From an uncultured Tissierella sp. (GTDB lineage Bacteria; Bacillota; Clostridia; Tissierellales; Tissierellaceae): a stretch of DNA of 46,657 bases. A model generated the notes under the pieces. That model saw only the letters and a list, made by a program, of their open reading frames with translations, had not been told where the DNA came from and searched no databases. Positions 31,108-42,504 of the stretch are shown piece by piece. The stretch lies in NCBI GenBank assembly GCA_964403265.1, contig CAYOFC010000001.1:1-46657 (forward strand), in the 5' to 3' direction. Both the position numbers and the translations under genes were made by a program. Position 1 is the stretch's first letter; the number at the start of each line of letters is the position of its first letter.

Positions 31108-33576
31108 TTGGCAATAAAATATGGCCAAATATTGATTGATAATTATGCTTCTCAACTAGATAGATTGTTTACCTACATAATAGGCGAAGATTTAATAGAT
31201 GTAGCTAAAGAAGGAATGAGAGTTGTAATCCCATTTGGTAGGGGTAACAAACCTATAAAGGGATTGCTTGTATCTATTGTTGATGAGTTTAGTTCAAATT
31301 ATCAGTTAAAAAATATCATAGATGTATTAGATGATAAACCAATTATATCTAAGGAAATGTTAAAGCTTGGTTATTGGATTAAAGAAGAGTATCTATGTAC
31401 ATACCTAGAAGCATTACAGCCTATATTACCTCCAGGAGACTATAAACAAGTTAATACTTTTGTAGAATTAATAGATGATAAATATAAGCCTGATAGTCGT
31501 GAAGAAGAAATAATAATAAATTATTTGAAAGAAAGGGATATATTATTATTAATAGACTTAAAAAATGATTTAAAAATTCCTTATATTAATAAGTATTTAA
31601 ATAAATTGGAAAGCTCTGGTATTATCGAAACTACCATTGACATAGTTACTACAGTAAAAAAGAAAAAAGAAAAATGGGTAAAATTAAAATATGACAACCT
31701 ATCCATAGATGAAATATATAGCCTTATAGGAAAAAGGGCTAGTAAGCAAATCCTTATAGCAAAATATCTCCATGAAAATGGAGATGTGGCTTTAAATTCA
31801 CTTATAAAAGAATTAGGTAGCAGCCTAAGCACTGTAAAAGCCTTGGAGGAAAAGGGCCTTGTTAAATATTACTCCAAGGAACTATATAGGGACCCAATTA
31901 AGAAGTTTATTCCACAATATAGTAAACATGTATTAAACCAGGAGCAAACGAGGGTTTTTCATAGGATTTTAAGTTCCGTAAACAGGGAGAATGGGGACAA
32001 TAAATTCTTGATACATGGTGTAACTGGTAGTGGCAAAACAGAAATCTATCTTCAGTTAGTTGAAGAAATGCTTAAAAGGGGTAAAGATTCCATTGTGTTA
32101 GTGCCTGAGATATCTCTAACTCCACAGACCATAGATAGATTTGTCGGTAGATTTGGTGACAATGTGGCTATCCTTCACAGTCGATTGTCACAAGGAGAGA
32201 GATTTGACCAATGGAGAAGAATAAAAAAAGGCAGCGTTAAAATAGTAGTTGGTGCAAGATCTGCCGTATTCGCTCCATTCGAGAACCTGGGGCTTATAAT
32301 AATTGATGAGGAGCATGAATCCACTTATAAATCTTCACAAAACCCTAAATACAACACTATAGAAGTAGCTGGGAAAAGGGCTGATGTTGAAGAAGGGTTT
32401 TTGGTGCTAGGGACTGCCACCCCTTCTTTAGAGACTTATTATAAATCTTTGAACAATGAGATAGTGCTATTGAATCTAAAGGAAAGAGCAAACAAGCAAA
32501 TCATGCCAGATATAAAGCTGATAGATATGCGGGAAGAGTTACAAAATGGCAATAAATCTGTATTTAGTTTAGAATTACAAAAGCAAATGCAAAATGCATT
32601 AGATAATAAAAAACAGATTATACTATTTTTAAATAGAAGAGGGTTTTCAACATTTGTTTCTTGTAGAGAATGTGGTTATGTAGTCAAATGTGACAACTGT
32701 GAAATTTCCATGACCTATTATAAAAATATAAATAAAATGAGATGTAATTATTGTGGTGTTACTGAAAGCATTCCTCAAACATGTCCTGCCTGCCATAGTA
32801 GATATATCAAATACTTTGGTATTGGGACAGAACAGGTGGAAGAATTGGTTTGTGAGATATTTCCTGAAGCTAATATTGTCAGAATGGACGGCGACACTAC
32901 AACCCAAAAAGGTAGCTATGATACTATTTTAGATGATATGAAGAATAAGAAAATTGATATTTTGATTGGAACCCAGATGATATCTAAGGGGTTGGATTTT
33001 GAGAATGTGGTTCTGGTAGGCATAATTGCAGCGGATACTACTCTAAACCTACCTGATTATAAGTCTCCTGAGAAGACTTTTCAATTGGTTACACAGGTTG
33101 CTGGAAGGGCTGGCCGAGGAGATACTGAGGGTAAGGTGGTTCTACAAACCTATAATCCAGACCATTATAGTATTATTCATGCAACTAAACATGATTATGA
33201 AAATTTTTATAATACGGAGGTTGGTTTAAGGAAGGCATTCTTGTATCCACCTTTTATTAACCTTATAAGTATTTTAATCTATGGAGAGAACCAGCAAATG
33301 GTAGGAAAAATCTCCAAAGAGATATATAATATAATTGGAAAAGAGATATATAATATTTATCAGAAATCCTATGGTGATTATATAGTAGGTCCCTACCCTG
33401 CACCATTGGAGAAGATTAAGAAGAACTATAGATTTCAAATTATCTTAAAAGTAGAAGAAGTTTATAAAGATGAGTTAAAAGATCTGATTTATAGGGTATG
33501 TATAACTAATGAGTATAATTTAAAAATGGATGATATAAAGGTTAGTGTAGACATAAATCCTAACACAATTTTATAG
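31108..33576 (+). CDS. priA: primosomal replication restart helicase PriA
   Basis: 822-aa ORF with a TTG start after AAGGGGG. It has Walker A (GVTGSGKTE), a DEEH box and a Cys-rich zinc region ([13 protein letters not shown]...CNYCG...CPAC). Confidence 0.95.
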   Translation: MAIKYGQILIDNYASQLDRLFTYIIGEDLIDVAKEGMRVVIPFGRGNKPIKGLLVSIVDEFSSNYQLKNIIDVLDDKPIISKEMLKLGYWIKEEYLCTYLEALQPILPPGDYKQVNTFVELIDDKYKPDSREEEIIINYLKERDILLLIDLKNDLKIPYINKYLNKLESSGIIETTIDIVTTVKKKKEKWVKLKYDNLSIDEIYSLIGKRASKQILIAKYLHENGDVALNSLIKELGSSLSTVKALEEKGLVKYYSKELYRDPIKKFIPQYSKHVLNQEQTRVFHRILSSVNRENGDNKFLIHGVTGSGKTEIYLQLVEEMLKRGKDSIVLVPEISLTPQTIDRFVGRFGDNVAILHSRLSQGERFDQWRRIKKGSVKIVVGARSAVFAPFENLGLIIIDEEHESTYKSSQNPKYNTIEVAGKRADVEEGFLVLGTATPSLETYYKSLNNEIVLLNLKERANKQIMPDIKLIDMREELQNGNKSVFSLELQKQMQNALDNKKQIILFLNRRGFSTFVSCRECGYVVKCDNCEISMTYYKNINKMRCNYCGVTESIPQTCPACHSRYIKYFGIGTEQVEELVCEIFPEANIVRMDGDTTTQKGSYDTILDDMKNKKIDILIGTQMISKGLDFENVVLVGIIAADTTLNLPDYKSPEKTFQLVTQVAGRAGRGDTEGKVVLQTYNPDHYSIIHATKHDYENFYNTEVGLRKAFLYPPFINLISILIYGENQQMVGKISKEIYNIIGKEIYNIYQKSYGDYIVGPYPAPLEKIKKNYRFQIILKVEEVYKDELKDLIYRVCITNEYNLKMDDIKVSVDINPNTIL
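33316..33356 (+). repeat. in-frame 24-nt tandem duplication inside priA
   Basis: AAAGAGATATATAATAT occurs at 33316-33332 and again at 33340-33356. The peptide reads [16 protein letters not shown]. Confidence 0.8.
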
Positions 33577-33587
33577 GAGGAATTGGT

Positions 33588-34067
33588 ATGGCATTGAGAA
33601 ATATAAGACTAGAAGGAGATCCTATTTTAAGGAAGAGATCTAGACCAGTAGAAGAAATGACCGATAGAATAAAAATATTATTAGATGATATGGTAGAGAC
33701 TATGAATCATGCAGATGGTGTAGGATTAGCTGCACCACAAATAGGGGTCCTTAGAAGAATTGTAGTTATCGATATAGGAGAAGGCCCTATTAAGATTATC
33801 AATCCAGTGTTCTTGGAAACAGAAGGAAGCTATATAGATATAGAAGGTTGTTTATCCGTTCCCAATAAAGCTGGAACTGTTGAAAGACCAGAAAGAGTAA
33901 AGATAAAATATTTAAATGAAAATTGGGAAGAAAAGACATTAGAGGGAACTGGTTTCTTGGCCAAGGCTATTTGTCATGAAATTGATCATTTAGATGGCAT
34001 ACTTTATACAGATAAGGTTATTGAATATGTAGATATCGCAAGTGACGAAGAGGAAGAAGAGGGGTAA
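33588..34067 (+). CDS. def: peptide deformylase
   Basis: Motifs [13 protein letters not shown] and HEIDHLDG. Confidence 0.96.
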   Translation: MALRNIRLEGDPILRKRSRPVEEMTDRIKILLDDMVETMNHADGVGLAAPQIGVLRRIVVIDIGEGPIKIINPVFLETEGSYIDIEGCLSVPNKAGTVERPERVKIKYLNENWEEKTLEGTGFLAKAICHEIDHLDGILYTDKVIEYVDIASDEEEEEG

Positions 34068-34074
34068 TTCTAAT

Positions 34075-35004
34075 ATGAAGATTGTTTTTGCAGGTACGCC
34101 AGAATTTGCTGTTCCCACATTAGAGGAACTTTTTAAGAATGGATATGATATACCTTTGGTCATAACTCAACAAGACAAACCCAAGGGAAGAGGTAAGAAA
34201 GTCCAATATACACCAGTAAAAGAAAAGGCTTTGGAGCTTGGATTAGAGGTTTATCAACCAGGAAGTATAAATAGCGAGGAATCCCTTAAAATACTGAGTG
34301 AGATTAAACCTGATTTTTTAATTGTAGTTGCATATGGACAAATACTAAAGAGGAGAGTGTTGGATATCCCTTCTATAGACAGCTTGAATGTCCATGCATC
34401 ACTATTACCTAAGTATAGAGGTGCTGCACCTATTAACTGGTCAATAATCAAGGGTGAAGAAGAGACTGGCGTTACTATAATGAAAATCGAAGAGGGATTA
34501 GATACTGGAGATATGATAAGTAAAGGTATTGTACCCATACTTGAAGAAGATGATGCTACTAGTATACATGATAAATTATCTAAATTAGGTGGAGAACTTT
34601 TAGTATCTACTTTAAAGAATATAGTTGATGGAAAAGCAGTTTATACTCCACAGGATGATGAAGAGTCATCCTATGCCCCAATGCTATATAAGGATACTGG
34701 CAAAATAGATTGGAACAAGCCAGCTAAGGAGATTTTCAATCATGTTCGAGGACTGACACCATGGCCTGGAGCTTTTACCCATTATAATGATGATTTGGTC
34801 AAAGTCCATAAGGTAAAACTAAGTGAAGAAATAAGTCAAGACGAAGCTGGTAAAATAATTGAGGTATCCAAGGATGGGGTATTTGTTAGTACTATGGATA
34901 GAGTTCTTATTATAGAGGAATTACAATTCCCAAATAAAAGACGTATGAAGGTTAGTGAATATCTAGCTGGAAACACAATAGAGACTGGAATAAGATTAAA
35001 ATAA
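34075..35004 (+). CDS. fmt: methionyl-tRNA formyltransferase
   Basis: ATG 34075 gives MKIVFAGTPEFAVPTL. Motifs are HASLLPKYRGAAPINW and the C-terminal domain. The ORF extension upstream to 34042 overlaps def and is unlikely to be translated. Confidence 0.95.
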   Translation: MKIVFAGTPEFAVPTLEELFKNGYDIPLVITQQDKPKGRGKKVQYTPVKEKALELGLEVYQPGSINSEESLKILSEIKPDFLIVVAYGQILKRRVLDIPSIDSLNVHASLLPKYRGAAPINWSIIKGEEETGVTIMKIEEGLDTGDMISKGIVPILEEDDATSIHDKLSKLGGELLVSTLKNIVDGKAVYTPQDDEESSYAPMLYKDTGKIDWNKPAKEIFNHVRGLTPWPGAFTHYNDDLVKVHKVKLSEEISQDEAGKIIEVSKDGVFVSTMDRVLIIEELQFPNKRRMKVSEYLAGNTIETGIRLK

Positions 35005-35018
35005 TATGAGGTGATAAG

Positions 35019-35717
35019 ATGTATGGACCAGGATATGGAATGTATTATGATAGCTCGTGGTTTGTTTTTGTACTACCAGCATTAATACTAGGATTAATTG
35101 CACAAGGTAAAGTAAAAAGCTCCTACAACAAATTTTCTAGAGTAAATAGTGGTACAGGTTTAACAGGTGCCCAAGTGGCTAGAAGGATTTTAGACAGGAA
35201 TGGACTATATGATGTGGTAATAGAGAATACACCAGGTCAATTGACGGACCATTATGATCCTAGAACTAGAGTCGTAAGATTATCAAATTCAATCTACAGT
35301 GGAAACAGTGTTGCATCAATGAGTGTAGCAGCACATGAAGTTGGTCACGCTTTGCAGCATGCAGATGGATATTTTCCCCTTGTATTAAGAAATAATTTGG
35401 CCCCAATTGTTAGCTTTAGTTCTAAATTTGTATGGGTTCTTATTATGATAGGATTTATGATAAGTCCATTTTTTATAGAGCTAGGAATTGCACTATTCCT
35501 TGGAGTAGTTTTATTTCAAGTAATAACACTACCAGTAGAAATAAATGCAAGTAGAAGGGCAATGGCCCAATTGGAAGATGGTATTTCACCAGCTGAGAGT
35601 ATAAAACCAGCCAAAAGTATGTTATCTGCAGCAGCTTTAACATATGTGGCAGCAACTATAACAGCTATAGCTGAGTTGTTAAGATTATTATCAATAACAA
35701 GTAGAAGAAGGGATTAG
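35019..35717 (+). CDS. putative neutral zinc metallopeptidase (YugP-like membrane protein)
   Basis: 232-aa ORF with the HEVGHALQH zinc motif and flanking TM helices. Confidence 0.85.
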   Translation: MYGPGYGMYYDSSWFVFVLPALILGLIAQGKVKSSYNKFSRVNSGTGLTGAQVARRILDRNGLYDVVIENTPGQLTDHYDPRTRVVRLSNSIYSGNSVASMSVAAHEVGHALQHADGYFPLVLRNNLAPIVSFSSKFVWVLIMIGFMISPFFIELGIALFLGVVLFQVITLPVEINASRRAMAQLEDGISPAESIKPAKSMLSAAALTYVAATITAIAELLRLLSITSRRRD

Positions 35718-35734
35718 GGACTTCCTAATCCCTT
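35708..35734 (+). terminator. stem-loop overlapping the Zn-peptidase stop codon
   Basis: AAGGGATTAGG (35708-35718) pairs with CCTAATCCCTT (35724-35734). There is no long T-tract, so it may be an intra-operon attenuator or processing hairpin. Confidence 0.3.
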
Positions 35735-35752
35735 CTTATGTGGAGGTGTGTA

Positions 35753-37090
35753 ATGGTAAACCCAAGAGAAGTTGCTTTGAAAATTTTAGTTGATATTAAT
35801 GAAAAAAAGGCATATTCCAATATTGAATTAAGCAAAATGGATAAGGATTTAGACCAGAGGGATGAGAATCTTGTAAGGGAAATAGTTTATGGTATAATTG
35901 AGAATAAATTATATATAGATCATATAATTTCTAAAGCTTCAAAGATTAGATTGAAAAAGATACACCCAGTTATTTTAGAGATTTTAAGGATGGGTATATA
36001 CCAAATCCTATTTATGGATAAGATACCTAATAGCGCTGCCGTAAATGAATCTGTAAAGCTGGCTAAAAAATATGGACATAAGGGAACCATAGGATATGTA
36101 AATGGAATTCTTAGGGCGATTACAAGAGATAAAGACAAGTTCTTAAAAATAGATGAATCCGATAAAGCACAGTTTATATCAATAAAGTATTCCCATCCAA
36201 AATGGATTGTAGAAAGGTGGATAAAAGAATATGGTGTAGATTTTACTGAAAAATTATGTAAGGCAAATAATGAGACACCATATTTAAATATTAGAGTAAA
36301 TACTCTAAAGACCAAGAAGGATGAACTGATTTCAAAACTTACTGAAAAAGGAATAAAATTAAAAGAAGGCCTATATGCTGATGATTGCATAATAGTTGAT
36401 GGGGCTAATAATATAACTAGTCTTCAAGAATTTAGGGATGGCCTATTTACTATACAGGATGAAAGTAGTATGCTTGTAGCTCAAATAATGGACCCTGTAG
36501 GAGGGTCAACTGTCTTAGATGTATGTAGTGCCCCAGGGGGCAAATCTACCCATGTAGCTCAATATATGGGGAATATGGGCATGATAATTAGTAGGGATAT
36601 ATTCAATCATAAAATAAAATTAATAGAGGAAAATTCTAAAAGACTTGGTATTGATATAATAAAGCTAGAAAACCATGACGCTCTAATGAAAGATAATAAG
36701 TTAATTGGAAAAATTGATTATGTACTATTGGATGCACCTTGTTCAGGTTTAGGTCTTATTCGAAGGAAGCCTGAAATAAAGTGGAATAGATCTGAGGAAG
36801 ACATTTCCATATTATCAAAATTACAATATGATATAATAGATAATGTTAAGGATTATATAAAGCCTGGGGGAATTTTAGTATATAGTACTTGTACTATAGA
36901 AAAAGATGAAAATATCAATATTATAAATAGATTTATTGGTGAAAATCCAGATTTCAAACTAGATAGCATAGATGATAAATTTAGATTTAAAGAAAATCTA
37001 GACACTCTTCAGGATGGGTATGTTCAGTTGTTCCCACACTTGCATAATACTGATGGATTTTTTATTGCTAAATTAGTCAAAGAAAGATAG
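35753..37090 (+). CDS. rsmB: 16S rRNA (cytosine967-C5)-methyltransferase RsmB
   Basis: ATG 35753 lies 6 nt after GGAGG. It has a NusB-like N-terminal domain, a SAM site (DVCSAPGGKS, LDAPCSGLG) and the catalytic YSTCT. Confidence 0.92.
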   Translation: MVNPREVALKILVDINEKKAYSNIELSKMDKDLDQRDENLVREIVYGIIENKLYIDHIISKASKIRLKKIHPVILEILRMGIYQILFMDKIPNSAAVNESVKLAKKYGHKGTIGYVNGILRAITRDKDKFLKIDESDKAQFISIKYSHPKWIVERWIKEYGVDFTEKLCKANNETPYLNIRVNTLKTKKDELISKLTEKGIKLKEGLYADDCIIVDGANNITSLQEFRDGLFTIQDESSMLVAQIMDPVGGSTVLDVCSAPGGKSTHVAQYMGNMGMIISRDIFNHKIKLIEENSKRLGIDIIKLENHDALMKDNKLIGKIDYVLLDAPCSGLGLIRRKPEIKWNRSEEDISILSKLQYDIIDNVKDYIKPGGILVYSTCTIEKDENINIINRFIGENPDFKLDSIDDKFRFKENLDTLQDGYVQLFPHLHNTDGFFIAKLVKER

Positions 37091-37144
37091 ATAATTAACT
37101 AATTATTATGTATAATATTCGAGAGGATATATAGAGGTGATTTT

Positions 37145-38182
37145 TTGGAAAAAGTTGAGCTAAATAGCCTAAGTCTTGATGAATTAAAGTCCTATATGGT
37201 ATCAATAGGAGAAAAGGCCTTTAGAGGTGAGCAAGTCTTTTCATACTTCAATAGTCGTATGGGATTAGACCTAGATGAATTACAGGTACTACCACTTAAA
37301 CTAAGACAGGACTTGAAAGAAAAAGTAGGGGTAAATGGAGTAAGGCTTCTAGAAAGATTTGATTCTAAAATAGATAGTACAAAAAAATATTTGTTTTTAT
37401 TGGAAGATAATAATATTATTGAAAGTGTGTTAATGGAGCACAGTCATGGTTTAACTATTTGTATTTCAACCCAAATTGGCTGTAGCATGGGATGTAGCTT
37501 TTGTGCATCTACAAAAGAGGGGAGAATTCGCAATTTAACCCCTAGTGAAATGTTAAACCAAATCTATTTTATTGAAAAAGATATAGGAAAGAACATATCA
37601 AATATCGTCCTTATGGGAAGTGGTGAGCCTTTAGACAATTATGATAATACTATGAAGTTTTTAAATATTATCCATGATCCAAAGGGACATAATATTAGTT
37701 ATAGAAATATAACTCTTTCTACATGCGGTATAGTTCCTGGTATTATTAATCTGGCAAAAGAAAATTTACCAATAACACTATCTGTTTCATTGCATTCGCC
37801 ATTTGATGATATAAGAACTAAAATGATGCCTATAGGTAAAAAATATAAAATTAAAGATATTATGGAAGCATGCAAATTCTATGAAGGGACTACTAATAGA
37901 AGATTAACTTTTGAATATACCTTAATTGAGGGAGTAAATAATCGAGAGGAAGATGTTGAAGAACTTAGAAGAATACTTAAGGGTACTAATTCTCATATCA
38001 ATTTGATTCCTTTGAACCCTATTAAGGAGTATGAAAAGGATAGGCCAAGTTTAAGTAGTATAGAAAGATTTCAAAAACAATTGACTAAGAGCAACATTCA
38101 AGTTACGATTAGAAAAGAAAAGGGAATGGATATAAGCGCTTCTTGTGGACAATTGCGTAGGGATTATCTATCTAATGAGTAA
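37145..38182 (+). CDS. rlmN: 23S rRNA (adenine2503-C2)-methyltransferase RlmN (radical SAM)
   Basis: TTG start, CxxxCxxC motif (CSMGCSFCAS), and GMDISASCGQL at the C-terminus. Confidence 0.95.
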   Translation: MEKVELNSLSLDELKSYMVSIGEKAFRGEQVFSYFNSRMGLDLDELQVLPLKLRQDLKEKVGVNGVRLLERFDSKIDSTKKYLFLLEDNNIIESVLMEHSHGLTICISTQIGCSMGCSFCASTKEGRIRNLTPSEMLNQIYFIEKDIGKNISNIVLMGSGEPLDNYDNTMKFLNIIHDPKGHNISYRNITLSTCGIVPGIINLAKENLPITLSVSLHSPFDDIRTKMMPIGKKYKIKDIMEACKFYEGTTNRRLTFEYTLIEGVNNREEDVEELRRILKGTNSHINLIPLNPIKEYEKDRPSLSSIERFQKQLTKSNIQVTIRKEKGMDISASCGQLRRDYLSNE

Positions 38183-38208
38183 TCAATATTCAAAACTGAG
38201 GTGGTATA

Positions 38209-38937
38209 ATGAAAGTATATGGCTTAACTGACAATGGTTTGTCAAGGGAATGCAATCAAGATTCTTTATTTGTATCTAAATTAGATGAATTACCTCTTTT
38301 TATAGTAGCAGATGGTATGGGTGGGCATAATGCTGGTGAAATAGCTAGTGGTATTGCTGTTGAAACTATTAAAGAAAAATTTGTAGAGCTTAGAGAAACT
38401 CTACACTCCAAGGAAAAGATAGCTAATGCAATTAAGGAGTCCGTTCTTGAGGCCAATAAAAAAATTTATTTGAAGGCTCTAACTACACCCGAATGTTCAG
38501 GAATGGGAACTACTCTAACTATGTCCTACATATTTCATAATAAGGTTTATATTGGACATATTGGCGATAGTAGAGCATATTATATAAGTGATAAAGCTAT
38601 TAAGCAATTAACTGAAGATGACTCTTTGGTTAATGAACTTATTAAGAATGGAAGCATAACTGTGGATGAGGCTATAAGCCATCCGCAAAGGAATGTAATA
38701 ACCAAAGCCTTAGGGACAAGCATAGATATTGAAGTAGATATCCAAGCCGTAAAATATAAGGAAGGAGACCTACTTATTATTTGTAGCGATGGTTTATCGA
38801 ATATGGTTAAAGAAGATAAAATATTCGATGTGATAAAGTCGGAAGAAGATATATCTTTAGCATGTGAGAGTTTAGTTGAGCTTGCTAAGAAAAATGGTGG
38901 CACAGATAACATAACTCTAATTATAATTAAATTCTAG
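38209..38937 (+). CDS. prpC: PP2C-family Ser/Thr phosphatase (Stp/PrpC)
   Basis: Motifs NQDS, VADGMGGHNAGE, GDSR, LCSDGL-like ICSDGLSN and GGTDNIT. It is paired with the downstream kinase. Confidence 0.92.
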   Translation: MKVYGLTDNGLSRECNQDSLFVSKLDELPLFIVADGMGGHNAGEIASGIAVETIKEKFVELRETLHSKEKIANAIKESVLEANKKIYLKALTTPECSGMGTTLTMSYIFHNKVYIGHIGDSRAYYISDKAIKQLTEDDSLVNELIKNGSITVDEAISHPQRNVITKALGTSIDIEVDIQAVKYKEGDLLIICSDGLSNMVKEDKIFDVIKSEEDISLACESLVELAKKNGGTDNITLIIIKF

Positions 38938-38953
38938 TAAATGAGGTGATATA

Positions 38954-40912
38954 ATGATAGGAAAAATTTTAGGCGATAGATATGAAATTATTGAACAGAT
39001 TGGTGGAGGCGGCATGGCCATTGTATATAAGGCTAAATGTCATCTTTTAAATAGATTTGTTGCGATAAAAATACTTAGAAACGAATTTTTAGATGATGAA
39101 GATTTCATAAGGAAATTCAAAAGAGAATCTCAGGCTGCGGCAAGTCTCTCCCATCCAAATATTATGAACATTTACGACGTTGGTGTTCAGGAGTTAGATG
39201 GGAAACAGATTCACTATATAGTTATGGAATATATAAAAGGTAAGACTTTAAAGGAAGTAATAAAGGAAAATGGTAAGTTATCCTTTAATGAAACTGTTAA
39301 TTATTCAATTCAAATTGCAGAAGCCTTAAGACATGCCCATCTTAATCATATTGTACATAGGGATATTAAGCCTCAAAACATTATGATTAATGAGGACAAT
39401 AGAGTTAAGGTTACGGATTTTGGTATTGCTAGAGCTGCTACATCCTCTACCTTAACCACTACCTCCAATGTATTGGGTTCGGTGCATTATTTTTCTCCTG
39501 AACAAGCTAGGGGAGGTTACACCGATGAAAAATCCGATATATATTCACTTGGTATTGTTATGTATGAGATGATAACTGGTCAGCTACCATATGATGGTGA
39601 AACGCCTATTTCTGTTGCTTTGAAGCATGTACAAGACGATATTGTTCCTCCAAGGCAAATAGATGCTACTATTCCAGTTGGGATTGAGGCCATAATCTTA
39701 AAGTCTGTCCAAAAAAGGCAAAGTGATAGATATGAAAATGTTGGACCATTAATAAATGATTTAAAAAATATAAAAAATAATGGTGCTTCCAATTTTGTAA
39801 TAAATAATGATACTGGGGAACAAGCTACCAGGATGATTCCAATCATTAGAGAAGAGAGTGTTGACGAAGTGAAGAATAGTTCTAAAACTAAAGGAAAGAA
39901 TAATACAAAAAATAGAAATAAAAAAGGCGATGGCGGTATAAAAATGATTTTGCTAGCTATTCTATTGGCCTTTTTAGTTGTGACCATTGTATTTGCGGGT
40001 TGGATAAAGCTGCAAGATTTCTTTAATGTAGCTGAAGTTGTGGTACCTGATATAAGAGGTGAACTTGAAAGTGACGCTAGGGAAGAAATTGAAGATTTAG
40101 GTCTAGTGTTTAATGTTAAGGGAACAACAACTAGCACTGAACATGAACCAGGCAGAGTGGTTAGTCAAAGTGTCAAGGAAGGTTCAAAAGTTAAAGAAGG
40201 ATTTACAATTGATGTTGTTATAAGCGAGGGTAAGGACCTAGTAAGGGTTCCTGGATTAGTAAATGAGACATATGAAGAAGCTGAAAGATTATTGCAAGAA
40301 GCAGGACTACAGGTTGGCGAGAGAAGATATGAACCATCTGATGTAACTCCAAATAATGTAGTTATGAAACAAGAACCTGAAGCATTTACTTATCTAGCTC
40401 CTAATTCAAGGGTTAATTTGATTATTAGCCAAGGAGTAGAGATTAAGAGTATTCCTATGCCTAATTTAGTTGGATCAGACATAGCTAAAGCCAGAAATGA
40501 AATAGCAAGTTTGGATCTTGTAGTTGGAGATATTAGAGAAGAGAATCATGAAACAGCACCAGTAGGCGAGGTATTCTGGCAGTCTTATGAACCAGGAGTA
40601 GAAGTTGAAACGAAAACTTCCGTAGATATATATGTAAGTTTGGGGCCTGCTGAGGTTGAAGAGGAAGAACCACCTATTGATGAACCAGATGCTGAAAAAA
40701 CTATTACCATTGGCTTAACACCCTTTAGTGATAGGGAAGCAACTGTAATCAAGGTGATTAGGAAGCAAGAAGGAATGCAAATGCAAGTGTATAAAGAAGG
40801 TCACAAACATAGTGATGGTGAAGTTGCTGTTAACTTAAGGGGAATTCTAGGTGCAGAGTTTGATATTTATTTCGATGATATATATCAATTTACTGAAACT
40901 ATAACGGAATAA
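38954..40912 (+). CDS. prkC: Ser/Thr protein kinase with PASTA repeats (PrkC/PknB)
   Basis: Hanks kinase motifs (GGGGMAIVYKA, HRDIKPQN, DFGIA, SPEQ), a single TM helix, three PASTA-like repeats and a C-terminal beta domain. Confidence 0.94.
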   Translation: MIGKILGDRYEIIEQIGGGGMAIVYKAKCHLLNRFVAIKILRNEFLDDEDFIRKFKRESQAAASLSHPNIMNIYDVGVQELDGKQIHYIVMEYIKGKTLKEVIKENGKLSFNETVNYSIQIAEALRHAHLNHIVHRDIKPQNIMINEDNRVKVTDFGIARAATSSTLTTTSNVLGSVHYFSPEQARGGYTDEKSDIYSLGIVMYEMITGQLPYDGETPISVALKHVQDDIVPPRQIDATIPVGIEAIILKSVQKRQSDRYENVGPLINDLKNIKNNGASNFVINNDTGEQATRMIPIIREESVDEVKNSSKTKGKNNTKNRNKKGDGGIKMILLAILLAFLVVTIVFAGWIKLQDFFNVAEVVVPDIRGELESDAREEIEDLGLVFNVKGTTTSTEHEPGRVVSQSVKEGSKVKEGFTIDVVISEGKDLVRVPGLVNETYEEAERLLQEAGLQVGERRYEPSDVTPNNVVMKQEPEAFTYLAPNSRVNLIISQGVEIKSIPMPNLVGSDIAKARNEIASLDLVVGDIREENHETAPVGEVFWQSYEPGVEVETKTSVDIYVSLGPAEVEEEEPPIDEPDAEKTITIGLTPFSDREATVIKVIRKQEGMQMQVYKEGHKHSDGEVAVNLRGILGAEFDIYFDDIYQFTETITE

Positions 40913-40922
40913 TGGTGAATAT

Positions 40923-41798
40923 ATGCTAGAAGGTATAATAATTAAAGGTATTGGCGGTTTTTATTATGTAAAAACTGAAGATGGTGTTATAGAAAGTAGG
41001 GCTAGAGGGGTGTTTAGGGATAATGATATCACCCCCCTGGTTGGTGATAAAGTAAAGGTAAGAATAAGTGAAGAAGATGGAACTGGCTATGTTGTAGATG
41101 TGGCAGAAAGAAGTACTCAACTTTTGAGGCCTCCTGTCGCAAATGTAACCCAGGCCATTGTTGTAATGAGTGTTAAAAGTCCTGATATCAATACCTGGCT
41201 ATTGGACAAATTCTTGTTAATGGCTGAATATGAAGGTTTGGATGTTATTGTATGTATCAATAAATCCGATTTAAATCCAGATTTAAGTCAAAAATACAAA
41301 GAGATTTACGAGAAGGCTGGCTACAAGGTTTTGCTGACTAGTACAAAATTAGATATTGGAATAGATGATTTAAATAAATATCTATTAAATAATATTAGTG
41401 TCTTTGCAGGTCCTTCGGGAGTGGGAAAATCATCTTTATTAAACAAGGTTGATGATAAATTAAATCTGGAAACAGGTACTGTAAGCAATAAAACTAGGCG
41501 GGGCAAGCACACTACCAGACATATTGAGTTGCTAGAGTTAGATGCTGAATCCTTTATACTAGATACTCCAGGATTTTCTTCATTAAATTTGGATTTTATT
41601 GAAGATGAGACCTATGTTAAGGATTATTTTAGGGAAATATATAAATATAGCGAGGGCTGTAGATTCTTATCTTGTTTACATGACAAGGAGCCAAGTTGTG
41701 CTATTAAAGAAAAGGTTCAAGAAGGTATTATTGATGAAGAGAGATATAATAACTATCTACTTTTATTAAATGAAGTTAGAAATATTAGGAGGTACTAG
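40923..41798 (+). CDS. rsgA: ribosome small subunit-dependent GTPase A
   Basis: OB-fold N-terminus, a circularly permuted GTPase (NKSDL, GPSGVGKSSL, DTPGF) and a zinc knuckle (CRFLSCLHDKEPSC). Confidence 0.94.
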   Translation: MLEGIIIKGIGGFYYVKTEDGVIESRARGVFRDNDITPLVGDKVKVRISEEDGTGYVVDVAERSTQLLRPPVANVTQAIVVMSVKSPDINTWLLDKFLLMAEYEGLDVIVCINKSDLNPDLSQKYKEIYEKAGYKVLLTSTKLDIGIDDLNKYLLNNISVFAGPSGVGKSSLLNKVDDKLNLETGTVSNKTRRGKHTTRHIELLELDAESFILDTPGFSSLNLDFIEDETYVKDYFREIYKYSEGCRFLSCLHDKEPSCAIKEKVQEGIIDEERYNNYLLLLNEVRNIRRY

Positions 41799-41799
41799 A

Positions 41800-42453
41800 A
41801 TGGCAAAAATTGCACCTTCCTTATTGGCAGCTAATTTTGCAAATTTGGAAGAGGAAATATCTAAAATAGAAACTGGTGGGGCTGAATACCTACATTTAGA
41901 TGTTATGGATGGAAATTATGTACCAAATATTTCTTTTGGTATACCAGTTATTAATAGTTTAAGGGAAATAACTGACTTAGTTTTCGATGTACACTTAATG
42001 ATAGACAAACCTGAAAGGTATATAAAGGACTTTGTAGATGCTGGGGCTGATATAGTAACTATACATCAAGAATCGACGATTCATCTACACAATACTATAC
42101 AGCAGATAAAATCTTATGGAGTAAAAGCAGGGGTATCTTTAAATCCTGCTACATCCATAGATGTACTTGAGTATGTAATTAAGGATATAGACCTAATCCT
42201 TGTAATGAGTGTTAATCCTGGATTTGGTGGACAATCATTCATACCAGCTATGGTGGAAAAGATTGAAGCTACAAGAAAATTAATTGACAAGCACAATCCA
42301 AATATTATTCTACAGGTAGATGGTGGGATTAAATTGGACAATGTTGAGGAAGTTGTAAATGCAGGAGCGGATTTAGTAGTTGTAGGTTCTGATATATTTG
42401 GTGCAGAAGATGTGATTCTAAGAACTAGGGAATTTAATAAACTAATTGTATAA
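41800..42453 (+). CDS. rpe: ribulose-phosphate 3-epimerase
   Basis: ATG 41800 follows AGGAGG and gives MAKIAPSLLAANF. Motifs are HLDVMDG, HLM, MSVNPGFGGQ and VDGG. Confidence 0.95.
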   Translation: MAKIAPSLLAANFANLEEEISKIETGGAEYLHLDVMDGNYVPNISFGIPVINSLREITDLVFDVHLMIDKPERYIKDFVDAGADIVTIHQESTIHLHNTIQQIKSYGVKAGVSLNPATSIDVLEYVIKDIDLILVMSVNPGFGGQSFIPAMVEKIEATRKLIDKHNPNIILQVDGGIKLDNVEEVVNAGADLVVVGSDIFGAEDVILRTREFNKLIV

Positions 42454-42504
42454 TGGAATCTTTTGTGATATCATAAATATACAAACAAATATTTAATAAT
42501 CATT

